A DNA stretch of 64,000 nucleotides from Octopus vulgaris (Eukaryota). A program made the translations under genes and the position numbers. The stretch is from assembly GCA_951406725.2 (NCBI GenBank), contig OX597835.1, positions 11,470,001 through 11,534,000 on the forward strand. The letters are read 5' to 3'. The notes below the pieces were generated by a model. The model saw nothing but the letters and a program-made list of their open reading frames with translations. It was not told the origin of the DNA and made no database searches. Numbering within the stretch: position 1 is the stretch's first letter; each line of letters opens with the position of its first letter. Of this stretch, positions 12,753-26,285 are shown one piece after another.

Positions 12753-12869
12753 TACTTTTGACGGGGTTTTTAAAGAGACCGAAAAATGCTGATAGTTGGC
12801 TCCTTCACACAATCAAAGAATTGTCTGCTTTCTAAGAATGTGTGCCTGGTATTGAGTACACCTCACCAT

Positions 12870-12908
<39 letters not shown>

Positions 12909-13043
12909 CCAAGCATAAACAGACAGACAGACACACACACACAAAAAAAACACATACACATGCCGTTTGCTCTTTGGTGTGTCTATCAAACAGATTGGTA
13001 CATATGCGCACACACATACACTGCCATGCACACACACACAACA

Positions 13044-13088
<45 letters not shown>

Positions 13089-13479
13089 GAGCAGTGAGGG
13101 ATGTTTTGGATTGGGTCGAGGTGTTGCAGAGGAAGTCAGGAATGGTAAAATGCAGGAAGAGGAGAGCGACAAAAGATAATCGGGTTTTATGGCTTTCATT
13201 AATAAAAGATGAACAAAATGCTCTCTTGATTTTTATGCTTACTTTCATGATCTGTAATTATACAAAGATTGTTTATTGTAATGCATACATGTATATATAC
13301 ATATAAACATATAAACATGTATATACATACACATGAATGCATACATCTGTAAATATGTAAATATATATACGTAACGTATAAACTATCTAGATATTTCTCT
13401 GTATGTGAGTGTATATGTGGATATATCTGAGATATGTCTGTATATATATATATATATGTTTTTATGAGGCCACATGTTG

Positions 13480-13485
13480 ATAAAG

Positions 13486-13530
<45 letters not shown>

Positions 13531-13912
13531 CATACATATATATATACATGCATACATATATACATACATACATACATATATACATACATACATATACATG
13601 CATACATATATACATACATACATATATACATACATACATATATACATACATATATACATACATATATATATACATACATATATATATATACATATATATA
13701 TATACATATATATATATACATATATATATATACATATATACATACATACATACACATATATACATATATATATACATACATACACATATATACATATATA
13801 TATACATACATACATACATACATACACATATATACATATATATATACATACATACATATATATATACATACATACATATATATATACATACATATATATA
13901 TACATACATATA

Positions 13913-13943
<31 letters not shown>

Positions 13944-13961
13944 ATACATATATATATATAC

Positions 13962-13992
<31 letters not shown>

Positions 13993-14003
13993 CATATATA
14001 TAC

Positions 14004-14037
<34 letters not shown>

Positions 14038-14056
14038 ACATATATATATACATACA

Positions 14057-14088
<32 letters not shown>

Positions 14089-14131
14089 CATATACATACA
14101 TACATATATATACATACATACATATATATAC

Positions 14132-14165
<34 letters not shown>

Positions 14166-14194
14166 ATATATATACATATATATACATACATATA

Positions 14195-14235
<41 letters not shown>

Positions 14236-14260
14236 ACATACATACATATACATACATATA

Positions 14261-14292
<32 letters not shown>

Positions 14293-14303
14293 CATATATA
14301 TAC

Positions 14304-14334
<31 letters not shown>

Positions 14335-14425
14335 CATATATATATATACATATATATATACATACATATATATATATATATACATACATACATACATATA
14401 TACATACATATATATATATACATAC
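13480..14425. repeat. ~950-bp compound (TA)/(TACA) microsatellite
   Basis: Direct inspection; explains all overlapping YI/HT-rich ORFs. Confidence 0.98.
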
Positions 14426-14557
14426 AGACAGAAAATGAATATTTGTGCTTCAGTGAGACAAATGTATATCTATGTTTATATGTATGACTATAGTGTATTG
14501 GAGTGTCTAAATATATTGGCATGATGCAACATATCTCAGCAGAGCAGGCAGATGTAA

Positions 14558-14615
<58 letters not shown>

Positions 14616-14739
14616 TGATATAACAGTATAGTGTGTGTCTGCATGATAAAAATGTAAAGATGTGTGTGTGTGTGTTTGCATGTTTTAAAGTATCCTAAAA
14701 AGAATTAATTAAAATCATTCATCATACTTTTATTTGCAG

Positions 14740-14789
14740 TTCTGGAATCCAAAAAAGAAGAGATTAATGAAATAGAAACATTTATATAG
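14740..14789 (+). CDS. Candidate terminal coding exon, xLESKKEEINEIETFI*
   Basis: Strong acceptor actttttatttgcag; 16 protein-like codons to TAG; AATAAA near 14950; no homology recognised. Confidence 0.3.
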
Positions 14790-15869
14790 TTGTTTTATGA
14801 CTTCAGAGTCTTAAAGATTCTGAAATAATTTAATATCTGGTTATGAAATTATATTTTTTGGGTGAATCATTATTGAGAGCCAATCAGCAGAGTATAAAAG
14901 TTTTAGATTGGGCGAATCCTTTTCTTCTGTTAATGTATATGACGTTTAAAATAAAACTGATAATGATAGTTATTTGGGGAATATGGCTCACAGTGATAAT
15001 ATTTCTCAGCTCATATCTTTTATTCGATTATTTTATGAGACAAAAAAAAAACCGCTCGGATTCTTCCTGAAGTTTAATATAAAGTTTTATTGTTCGAGAC
15101 AAATACATTCTATAATTTTAAGTTTAGTTGGACATATCTGTTTTATGGCACAAAGTTAGTGCATATGGAGAAGCCACAAGACAGGTTCCTGCTCTGAAAG
15201 ATATTCAATATGGAACGCGGTTTGCAGGGGGGAAAAGACCACCTTGCTAATAATACCAAGTGTACCACTTATCAGAGAGAGGTTTGGGAGGGGAGAAGGG
15301 AACTGGGGGAATCTAGGGTACCAGACAAAAGACCTTCATTTCTGCTCTGTTCAAAGCCCACCTAATTTTTTTTTTACCTCTTTGTGTCAATAGCTGAAGT
15401 ATTTGTCCTAAATTGTAACAAATTCTTTTCTTTTTTCTCCCTGTCTGTCTCTCACACTCTTTCATTCACTCATTCATTCTTTCTCTCTCCCTGCAAACCT
15501 CTCTGTCTGTCAGTATTCCTGTCATTCATCCACTCTTCCTTTTTTTCTTTCTCTCTCTCTCCATCCATCTGTCTTCCTCTCTGGCTGTGTTAGACCTGAT
15601 GAAAGATAGTCCCCACCAACTTTAAAATACCCAACATATCATATGCCAAGACGGTACCCCTCACGACTCCACCAAGAAATCAGAGCCCAAGTAAGGAAGC
15701 TAAATTTATGGTAGGCATCTCTGGGGATCTCAGTCTTCTGTTACACTTCTGCTACAAGCTCATGGCTGGTAATTAATGATAGCGTGTTCAATGCCCAGGT
15801 TGACACGACGTGTCACAAACAGGATTCTTAAACTCCCAATTCTCTTCTCTTCTCCCGACTGTAATTTCA

Positions 15870-16700
15870 GGATCTAAAATAGCTCATTTTATTCAGGTAT
15901 CATGGGGAATATGCATATTCATACCTATACATCGAAACGAAGAGGAGTCCACATGGCGCACCATGGCACATAAGGTGTTATTATTGCCACGAACAGGGGG
16001 AGAAAGAGAGAGCTCCCCTAAAGTCCGTAAATTTCAGTAAAACATATCATACGGACGAGAAAGTATTATTTTCGAACGCAGTACAGCCATGAGAACAGCT
16101 GAAAGATTGGGTATTTTACCACCATATAACGGAGGAAGCAGAACTTCCAAAATAACCAGCAAAGACTAAAAGAAAATTGGGTACTACTTAAATACAGAGG
16201 TCTCTTAATGGTGCAACTGAAATACTGGTGTTATGTACAAAACATTTTTAATTTATGCTGTGTTGACGTGTAAGGACACCCTAGCCAACCGCAACCTTAA
16301 CAACAAACCCTCTGCTTCATATCGTATTTAAGCGGGACCTCTGTATTTAGGCAGAGCCGAAAATTATAATGAATATTTACAAAACAAAAGCGTAAAAACC
16401 TGGATCTTCCTTCTTTACATAAGATATATAAAACAGTAGCGGGCTGAAGTTAAAGAGAGCTGAGGGAAGCGAAGAGTGGATAGGAAAATATATTGAAATA
16501 ATTTTTAAAAGTTTAGGCATAAAAACGGGATTACTAAATGCAATGCAAAAAGGGTCTGCAAGAAAGGTCACTTGATATACCACTATTAGGCAGAACAGAA
16601 GAAATGGAAATTGTTTAGGCTTAAAAAAGAACCAAAGGCTCGAAACCGAGTCGAAACCTATCGTTATACGGACGAGTGTCAAACCGTGTACAAGCTTTCC
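15870..16700 (+). pseudogene. Possible decayed gag/ORF1-like retroelement sequence
   Basis: Frame containing IRCYYCHEQG (partial CCHC knuckle) with scattered stops. Confidence 0.25.
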
Positions 16701-18777
16701 TGTCAGAAATTACCAAAAACAGAATGAGGTGAAGATTCAGTCTTACTTCGAAATACTGGAAGATCGTGAAAAAGTTCTCACAATATTTCTGAACCAAAGT
16801 AGAAATATATAAAGAGATATAATAAAGTTGGTAGCTTAATAGAGCGGAAACAATTTCAGTATTACATAATAACCGTTGAATTGTGACAAGCCAATACTAT
16901 AAAAGGTTGTCAGATGATTATATCATTAAGGCAAAGACATTTCGTTTCCCACAGACATTGCGGTTAAGCTGAATCGGTAAGATACTTTTGCCAACCAGTT
17001 GCGGAAATATATTTGCATCATACATCAACTGGATTGCTGAGTGTGAAAATTTAATTTTAACTTTCGGACGCCACTAAAATTTATATAACTGAAATTTGAA
17101 TTGAAATAGCGTAAAAAGTAAAATTAAAGAGGGATTTTTCAACGTTCAGATTCCAATGATTAATAATATTTAATGAAAACCAGGCAAACTGAACGTGCTA
17201 CGCAAAAATAAAAGCAAAATCAAAGAATTTCAATGGGTATGTTTAAAAAAAAAAATCAAATTCCCAAAATAGATTTGCCTCAGAAAGACAATTTGTTAGA
17301 AATTATTTGAAAGAGTTGAACGTTTAGAATCTACGGTAGAAATAGGGTTAGTGAACGCTGTTTAATTTTGAATCTGTTTCCAGGGATCGGTCTGAATTTA
17401 TATATTTTTAATATTGTCTCAGCAAAGATTGAACAGTAAAATATTCGTTTATGTTAGTAAATTAACATGAAACAAAGTTCACAAAAATCGAACGTACAAC
17501 TGGTTTGTTAACGTATCGATGAGATGCTACCCGCCTCTCTGGTTATATTTCACTGGCAATGCCTTACGTTGTGAAGAAGAAACAAACATAAGAGATTTCA
17601 GAAAGTACTCACATGGTTCCATAATGTCGTGTTGTATTTTTTTACGGTATTTTCCAATTCTTTGAGATGTCAGTAATTCTGACTGGAAGAAAAACGGAAG
17701 AAGTCTGCCACAAACATTTGAACTAAATTCCATTAATTCAACTAAGGACGTTTTCTGAAGGAAAAGTCTCACATTTACAGATAACGACACGTAACAAAAT
17801 AATTGTTCGTGGAATAATATTGGTTTCAAATTTTGGCACAAGCAATTTTGGGTTAGATGCTAGGTCGATTACATCGGGCCCTGTGCTCAGCTGGTACTTA
17901 TTTTATCGACTCCAAAACGAAAAAAGGTAAAGTCGACGTCGGCGGAATTTGAACGTAAAGACGGACGAAATGTCGCTAAACATTTTATCCGTGGAGTAAT
18001 ATTAAGGGACAACCAGATCAACTGTATTGTGTTATACTACAGCTTATATTTTCATCTATCAATCTGGGATCAGTTTGAACACAATATATTCATTTTGAAT
18101 CCTGTTTTTGAAATTTCACCGCGAAAACATTTTACTTATAAAGAATTAAATGCATAAAATTTTTTAAAAATAAAAAAATCGGCAGCTTACTTTATGTTAT
18201 TAGCATTCCAATTTATGTCCCCTTTTTTTTTTTACCTTCCTGAAACACTTTTGTTTCAGAAAATGTGAATATATATTTTCTATTCGATCCTGTGTTATCT
18301 ATCTTTAACTAGCGACGGAAATTCATTTTCAGTTGTCGAGATTAAACTATTCAAGAAAGGTAAATGGAAAGATAGAAACCAGATATGGTAAGAATTTGCA
18401 TTTAGCGTCAAAATAACAGGCAAGAGATTTTGTGGTCGAATCCTAAAATGCAGAATAAAAGAATTTAATGGACATGCGCATGAGAAGTACGTATTCGTTT
18501 GATTTAAAACGTCTTTAGACTAAACGTGACAATAAAATAAAACGTTTGTATGGTGCCTCAATATTTGTGACAAAGATAATTTGATAGCCTCGCAATAAAA
18601 TTGTATTCCACCCTCTTTAGGCTGACTCCGTTAAACACAAATTGTAATTATATAATCTTGAATCTAATTGGCCAAACATCAGCCATGGCAACGTTTGGAA
18701 GATGGAACGACGTTTGCATGCTAGTATAATGTTGCAACGTTCCATAAGGCATGAATTAAACTGCTTGTACTAATGTA

Positions 18778-19228
18778 GGATCTTTTCGGTTTGAACGGCA
18801 GTTTTTAACATAATTTCTAGGTAACTAAACACTTTTAAACTTCGTATACTGGTAAAATGTGTTTATAAAACATCTTTTTCTCTTGGCTTTATTGAGAAAA
18901 TTCTATAGTTTGTAAGATATTTGTTGTTTTTCTTCTTCAATTTCTGCAATTTCAACCAATCAATGACGTCCATTGAGGTTAAAAAACATTCTGTGCCGTA
19001 TGAATATGTCCCTCGTTTAAGAAACAGATTGGGTTTATGTAAATATGTGAAGAAAAAAAGATACCCTTCCCCCCTACCCCAACCATAACACTGACCCTAA
19101 CTAACCCTAAGTAACCCTAACCCTAAAACAGATTGAAATGCAATAGATCGATACTAGGGTCATAATTATGGGTGACAATTTCATATGACACCGCTAGAAA
19201 AAAACTGCCGTTCAAACCGAAAAGATCC
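18778..19228. mobile_element. MITE with 29-bp perfect TIRs and 8-bp TSD (Merlin-like GG..CC ends)
   Basis: ctaatgta|GGATCTTTTCGGTTTGAACGGCAGTTTTT...AAAAACTGCCGTTCAAACCGAAAAGATCC|ctaatgta. Confidence 0.92.
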
Positions 19229-19543
19229 CTAATGTATTCTAAGTTGAGAAAACCTGCTTTCCCACTACCCATGTCTTGGGAAATTTTGCATTACTTGTAA
19301 CCACGAATCTCTTCCTTCTATCGTAACTGATTTTAGGAAGTGCGTGCGTATGTGTGTGTGTGTGTGTGTACCTATGTTTGCTCCGTATTGACTTGATTTC
19401 AAGTTTTTACAACTTTAATTTTGAATCAACGCTTTTGATGTAAATTGAAAATCATTGTTAAACATAACGTTCATATTACCGTAATCTGAAACAAGTTAAA
19501 AAACGTGATATAAATGTAAGTCTGTGATGAGTACATACATACA

Positions 19544-19574
<31 letters not shown>

Positions 19575-19624
<50 letters not shown>

Positions 19625-19723
19625 ATGCGTATATAGGTATTTGTATATATATACATATATAATCTATTATGCATATATATAAATATATATGTGTGTGTGT
19701 GTGTATGCGTATATGGGTATTTG

Positions 19724-19756
<33 letters not shown>

Positions 19757-19849
19757 ATGCGTATATAGGTATTTGTATATATATACATATATAATCTATT
19801 ATGTATATATATATATATGTGTGTGTGTGTGTATGCGTATATGGGTATT

Positions 19850-19885
<36 letters not shown>
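19575..19885. repeat. Higher-order microsatellite-derived repeat
   Basis: gtatgcgtatat(a/g)ggtatttgtatat recurs four times between TA/GT tracts, alternating two variants. Confidence 0.85.
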
Positions 19886-19890
<5 letters not shown>

Positions 19891-20690
19891 TAAATATCTA
19901 TGATGTGCATATGTGTGTGTATATACATGTTAGTTATACATATCGTATGTATGTATGTGTGTGTATTTCATAAGTTAGATTTGTTGTGTTTTATTCTGTA
20001 TTTTGGTAAATTACTATTTTCGTGAAGTTACTTATGGATATATATATTATATGATATTAAATTTAAACGTTTTCTACAGTGGAGATAAGAAATACTCGCT
20101 GAATGGCTTGAGAAAAATTTCACACTGAATAGGCCGAGTAAATGATGTGTTAATGAGATTGCTATGCAAAATATGTTCGAAAACTTTCTCCCTTTATTTG
20201 AATCTACTTCGGCATCATTGAAGTCAGTTGATTATTGAATTAGTCGCAACTAACACATCGCTGAAGAAATACGATGAAGACAATATTACTCCAGAAAACA
20301 TGTGTGCAAGAAAATATATGCTCAATAAAGTATGGTACACATTAACTTATTATCTTATTATATATATGTGTGTTCGGATTTGTTCTTGTGTATTCGGTTA
20401 TACGATATGGATTTTATAAGATGTGAACATAGTTGTGAACATCTTTTGAAGGCACTTGATAATTTTTTTTCTTTTACGACTGTTTAAAGTAATATACAAA
20501 TTTTGTACTTTTTTCCGTCTATATTATTATATTGTATGTAATTATGTTTAACTGCATATTAAATCTACTTTTACACTGTGATTAATTTTCTTTCCTTCCT
20601 TCCTTCTTTGCTCCTTTCTCCCGTCCTTTCTTTGCAAAGCGGGAGGAAAGAATTTCTTTTGCGAAGTAAAATTTTCGTTTTACAAATAAT

Positions 20691-20963
20691 CTTTTCTACA
20701 AGGCCTGAAATTTTTGGGGAGGGGACAAATCGATTATACCTATTTCTTTATTACCTCCAAGGGGCTAAACATAGAGAGGACAAACATGGACAGACATAGG
20801 TATTAAGTCGATTATACCGACTGCAATGTTTCACTGGTACTTAATTTATCGACGCCGAAAGGCAAAGTCGATCTCGGTGGAATTTGAACTCAGAACGTAG
20901 CGACCGGTGAATTACCGGTAAACATGTCGTCCAGCGTGCTAACGATTCAGCCACCTCGCCGCC
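20691..20963 (-). mobile_element. SINE family B with composite tail Y + tail X and 19-bp TSD
   Basis: ttttcgttttacaaataat at 20672-20690 and 20964-20982. Confidence 0.85.
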
Positions 20964-20984
20964 TTTTCGTTTTACAAATAATAA

Positions 20985-21569
20985 TAATTCTTTCTACCAT
21001 AAGCACAAGACCTGAAATTTTGGGTGTGGGGGATAGCGGATTACAGCAACCCCAGGGTTTAACTGGTATTTAATTTATCAACCCCGAAAGGATGAAAGGC
21101 AAAGTTAACTTCATCGCTATTTGAACTCAGAACATAAAACCGGACTATATGCTGCTAAGCATTTTGTCCGACATGCTAACGAGTCTGCTTTAATGGTTTC
21201 AAATTTTTGCACAAGGCCAGCGATGCTTTGTGTGCCGGGGGAACGTCGATTACGCCGAGCCCCTACTTGAAAGAATGAAAGGCCAAGTCGACTTCGGCAG
21301 TATTTGAATTCAGAAAGCAAAGAGCAGGAAGAAATGTCGCTAAGCTCTTTGCTCGGCGCGGAAACGATTCTTGCAGGTCACCATTTTGAATAATAATAAT
21401 AATGATAATAATAATGATAATGATAATAATAATGATAATAATGATAATAATAATGATAATAATGATAATAATAATAATAATGATAATAATAATGATAATG
21501 ATAATAATAATGATAATAATGATAATAATAATAATAATGATAATAATAATGATAATAATAATGATAATA

Positions 21570-21636
<67 letters not shown>

Positions 21637-22050
21637 TAATAACAATAACAATTTTTTCTATTCTAGGTGCAAGGCCCAACATTTTGGAGGAGGCGGCCAG
21701 TCGACTAGATCGACCCTAGTATGCTACTGGTACTTAAATTATCGACCCCAGAAGGATGAAAGGCAAAATCGACTTCAACAGGATTTGAACTCAGAACATA
21801 AAAGACAGACGAAATACCGCGAATAATAGACAAAATGAAGAGCGCGATGTGATTGCATTCGACAGCAAGCAAGGCTAGGATAAATCGATTTCATTGACCC
21901 CAGTACTCAACTGGTACTTATTTTATCGACTCTGAAAGGATGAACGGTAAAGTCGACTTCGGCGGAATTTGAACTCAGAACGTAAAGACGGACGAAATGC
22001 TGTTGAGCATTTTGTCCGACGTGCTAACGCTACTGCCAGATTGTCGCTGC
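20985..22050 (-). mobile_element. Cluster of four diverged family B SINEs (mostly tail X) around an (AAT/GAT)n tract at 21390-21650
   Basis: Repeated ggatgaaaggcaaagtcgac...atttgaactcagaac cores near 21090, 21275, 21755 and 21940. Confidence 0.8.
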
Positions 22051-22498
22051 TCTCATGGCTTCTGGTCTTAACTGATTGGAGGTATTATCATGGACATTGT
22101 TTTGTCTTGGTATAAAAGATGAGCTACAACAAACATTCTATTCAATACCACAGATTTATTTGTCATTTGCTTGACCAGAACCAGATGAATTTGTCCCTTG
22201 GTGGTTGACGATATGTGCATCTCTGATTATGAGCAGAAGTAGTTGGGGAGCATCATAGCCATGTGTTGAAAGGGATTCTTTGGGGTTTGAAGCATTCTTC
22301 TCTGGAAACATGGGCGATTCGTTCAACATCGTTAAACAACCCTTATTCAGGGACCTTTTGAGTGGGATGGGCTAGTTGGCATGAAGAAAATTCTAACTGG
22401 GCCCACCTGCAAAGTCACGTGTTGTTTACCTTCATATAAGATCACCATGTCGCGCACATATTGTTGTGATTCATGTGCCGGGTCATCGATGTCATCGA

Positions 22499-22838
22499 TG
22501 TGGAGGCGCAATGGCCCAGTGGTTAGGGCAGCTGACTCGCGGTCGTTGGATCGCGGTTTCGATTCCCAGACCGGGCGTTGTGAGTGTTTATTGAGCGAAA
22601 ACACCTAAAAGCTCCACGAGGCTCCGGCAGGGGATGGTGGTGATCCCTGCTGTACTCTTTCACCACAACTTTCTTACTTCCTGTTTCTGTTGTACCTGTA
22701 TTTCAAAGGGCCGGCCTTGTCACTCTCTGTGTCACGCTGAATATCCCCGAGAACTACGTTAAGGGTACACGTGTCTGTGGAGTGCTCAGCCACTTACACG
22801 TTAATTTTACGAGCAGGCTGTTCCATTGATCGGATCAA
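22499..22838 (+). mobile_element. SINE family D (tRNA-derived head), 3' end interrupted by a family B copy
   Basis: A-box tggcccagtgg, B-box gtttcgattcc; near-identical to 51307, 55583 and 58560. Confidence 0.9.
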
Positions 22839-23277
22839 CCTATTTCTTTACTACCCACAAGGGGCTAAACAAAGAGAGGACAAACGAGGATGGACAAACG
22901 GATTAAGTCGATCATATCGACCCCAGTGCGTAACTGGTACTTATTCAATCGACCCCGAAAGGATGAAAGGCAAAGTCGACCTCGGCGGAATTTGAACTCA
23001 GAACGTAGCGACAGATGAAATACTGATGAGCATTTCGCCCGACGTGCTAACGATTCTGCCAGCTCGCAGACGGGGAATCATGATGAGTTTACTTGACTCC
23101 CTATATTTGTACCCCAGAGTCACTTTGAGGGTCTGCGCTGCTCCCTCACTCAATAATATTAATGCTTTCTAACAGAAGCACAAGGCCTGAAATGTTGGGG
23201 GAGGGGACTAGCCATTTACATTGATCCCAGTACTGAACTGGTACTTAACTTATCGACCCCGAAAGGATGAAAGGCAA

Positions 23278-23721
23278 GCGGCGAGCTGGCAGAAACGTTA
23301 GCAAGCCGGGCGAAATGCTTTGCGGTATTTCGATGCCGTTACGTTCTGAGTTCAAATTCCGCCGAGGTCGACTTTGCCTTTCATCCTTTCGGGGTCGATA
23401 AATTAAGTACCAGTTACGCACTGGGGTCGATGTAATCGACTTAATACCTATGTCTGTCCTTGTTTGTCCCCTCTGTGTTTAGCCCCTTGTGGGTAGTAAA
23501 GAAATAGACGTTAGCACGCCGGGCGAAATGCTTAGCGGTATTTCGATGCCGTTACGTTCTGAGTTCAAATTCCGCCGAGGTCGACTTTGCCTTTCATCCT
23601 TTCGGGGTCGATAAATTAAGTACCAGTTACGCACTGGGGTCGATGTAATCGACTTAATACCTATGTCTGTCCTTGTTTGTCCTCTCTCTGTGTTTAGCCC
23701 CTTGTGGGTAGTAAAGAAGCA
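23278..23721 (+). mobile_element. Family B dimer inserted into an antiparallel family B copy (23165-23845), 17-bp TSD
   Basis: gaaaggatgaaaggcaa at 23261-23277 and 23722-23738. Confidence 0.88.
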
Positions 23722-24651
23722 GAAAGGATGAAAGGCAAAGTCGACCTCGGCTAAATTTGAACTCGAAACGTAAAGACGGACGAAATGCTGCGAAACTTAA
23801 GCATTTTGTCCGGCGTGTAAACTATTCTACCCGCACGCCGCCTTAACGACAACGACGACGACGGCGACAACAACAATAATAATAATCATAATATCTGCCA
23901 AAGGGCGACGAACGAAAGAATATTAGAAGAATAAACACATTCTAGCAGAAAACAAATGTTATCATCGATGATGTTATATCAAGATGAAGTCAACTAAGAA
24001 AGTTTTAATTAATTAAAATTGAATTACACTCGCAATGAAGGGAAAGAATAATTAGCTTAATGATCATTTTGGCCAAGTCAGGCCGGGAGAAATTTTAACT
24101 AATTAAAACTAATTAAAAACGGAGTGTGACTAATGAACGGGTAGGAAGGCTACACTTGGTAATACGGCGACAGCACTGGTTACGTGTTATCATACAGGGA
24201 ACGAAAATACTTCGAGTTACTCAGATTTCCTCTGCAATTAGTAAACAAAAACTCCGTCTATGAACGTTTAAAATAAAAATTAAAAAAACAGAAAAAATTC
24301 ACATAAAAGAATAATCCAATAAAATCATTTAATTAAAATTTTAGAAAAAATAGAAAATTCTATTGGAACTGGTCATTTAAGTTGTCACAGTTTAGGTGTT
24401 GGTGTGTGCGGTGTTATTGTAAAAGTTGATGTTGTTGCTATATAAATAGAGGTTTGAGATAAAACTGGCAATGTATATCATAATAAAAGCAAACTCGCGA
24501 ACATTTAACCATAGATTCTATGAAGGGAAGTCTAACTGTGTATATACATATATAAATTACGAAATACTCACTAGTAACATACTAGGATGTTGGTATTGAC
24601 TTAACTGTGCCTGCTCAGCTATTTCTATGAAGGGAAGTCTAACTGTGTATA

Positions 24652-25046
24652 TCTTTATATATAAAAGTGAAGTTGTGTGTCTGTCTCCTACGATTTAGAT
24701 TCCTAACTACTCCCACATTTTGCGGTGCAGTGTAACCAAAAGCGGGTATCTTATAGTCGTGATTCATATCGAGCCCTTCTGGGTATTAGCGCGTCTACGA
24801 TGAGTCTACGATTAAAAAAAAAATTACCATAATTTTTTCCCATTTTTAATGTATTTCTTTTGCTATTATATAAGGGAAGTAACTCTCTAAAAATGTATTA
24901 TTAAATCTCAGAACGTAAAAAGCTACAGTAACATCCCCCCCTTTGTGGTTAGCCATATCGAGATGGCTATTATACTTTACATCTCTGAAAATGATTATAT
25001 AGTTATTTCCCTTACAAACCCGAGCAACGCCTGGCGATACTGCTAG
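24652..25046 (+). mobile_element. Non-autonomous Helitron
   Basis: A|TC...hairpin cccgagcaacgcctgg...CTAG|T; empty site preserved in the adjacent tandem copy. Confidence 0.92.
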
Positions 25047-25248
25047 TACATATATAAATTATGAAATACTCACTAGTAACGATACTAGGATGTTGGTATT
25101 GACTTAAACTGTGTCTGCTCAGCTATTTATTATCTGGAAAGTGTTCTACAATGCAAGAGAGCTGTTGGAAATGTCTTTATGAAATCGAAATCCTGATATG
25201 ACTCTTTGAACTTTGGTTTCAGCTCAATTTCATTTTAAAGTGAAATCA

Positions 25249-25478
25249 GTTCCCTGTGACTTTTGGTTGTTCCTCAAGCTGAAGAAGGGAATGAAGGAGA
25301 CTGTGATAAGGGTCTTGGAATATTCACTTTGGGGGACTTCAATGGGGGCTTCACAAAGGGGCTTGAGCGCTACAAGGGCAATGAAGACAGATGATTCTAC
25401 TTTGAATGCTTTTAGAGTTTTGTTCTTCTTTCAAATGAATTTCCTGAAAAAGTCTCAAGACTTCAGGAATGCCCCTTG
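25249..25478 (+). mobile_element. mariner transposase C-terminal remnant with right end
   Basis: VPCDFWLFLKLK (tail of the SPDLxPxDFxLF motif); ends gccccttg|TA. Confidence 0.7.
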
Positions 25479-25877
25479 TAGATTACGTATTACGGTGTTA
25501 TCTGATAACAATCATTATTTTGGATTTAGTTTGTTTGCAGTATATCCGGTGGATAATTTCTATGGGAGTTAATTAACCAATTATATGGACATAATGCTAA
25601 ATCTTGAAAGGTCATCTAGTTTTGACGCTACATCAATGAACAACAAGGTTTCGCTGAACTTGAAATACAAACCATGGGTTGTATGGCATTTTTCAAACCT
25701 TATTGTTAATGTTAAATTATATTAAATTATTGCTTTAACATCAGCGTGACACTGCTCTTTGATGTTACAATGTTAGCTAACTCTCTAATACATAAAAGCA
25801 TATATACACACATATATATGTATAAGTACACGCGTTATGTATATATATATATATAGGGGTATATATATATATATAGG

Positions 25878-26150
<273 letters not shown>

Positions 26151-26219
26151 ATACACACATAGATAAAATATAAGTCCATATATATGTGTGATTGTATATG
26201 TACGTTTAAACGATGTTGT

Positions 26220-26251
<32 letters not shown>

Positions 26252-26254
26252 GTC

Positions 26255-26285
<31 letters not shown>

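Noticed and set aside
13199-14681. Long 300-430 aa ORFs (also near 25.8, 33.2, 36.2, 46.0 and 52-54 kb)
   Set aside because: Stop-free translations of TA/CA/TACA microsatellites
21263-21826. Poly-Asn/Ile/Leu proteins (also poly-Gln at 62.1 kb and poly-Ser/Phe at 45 kb)
   Set aside because: Trinucleotide tracts flanked by SINE or non-coding sequence with no splice support
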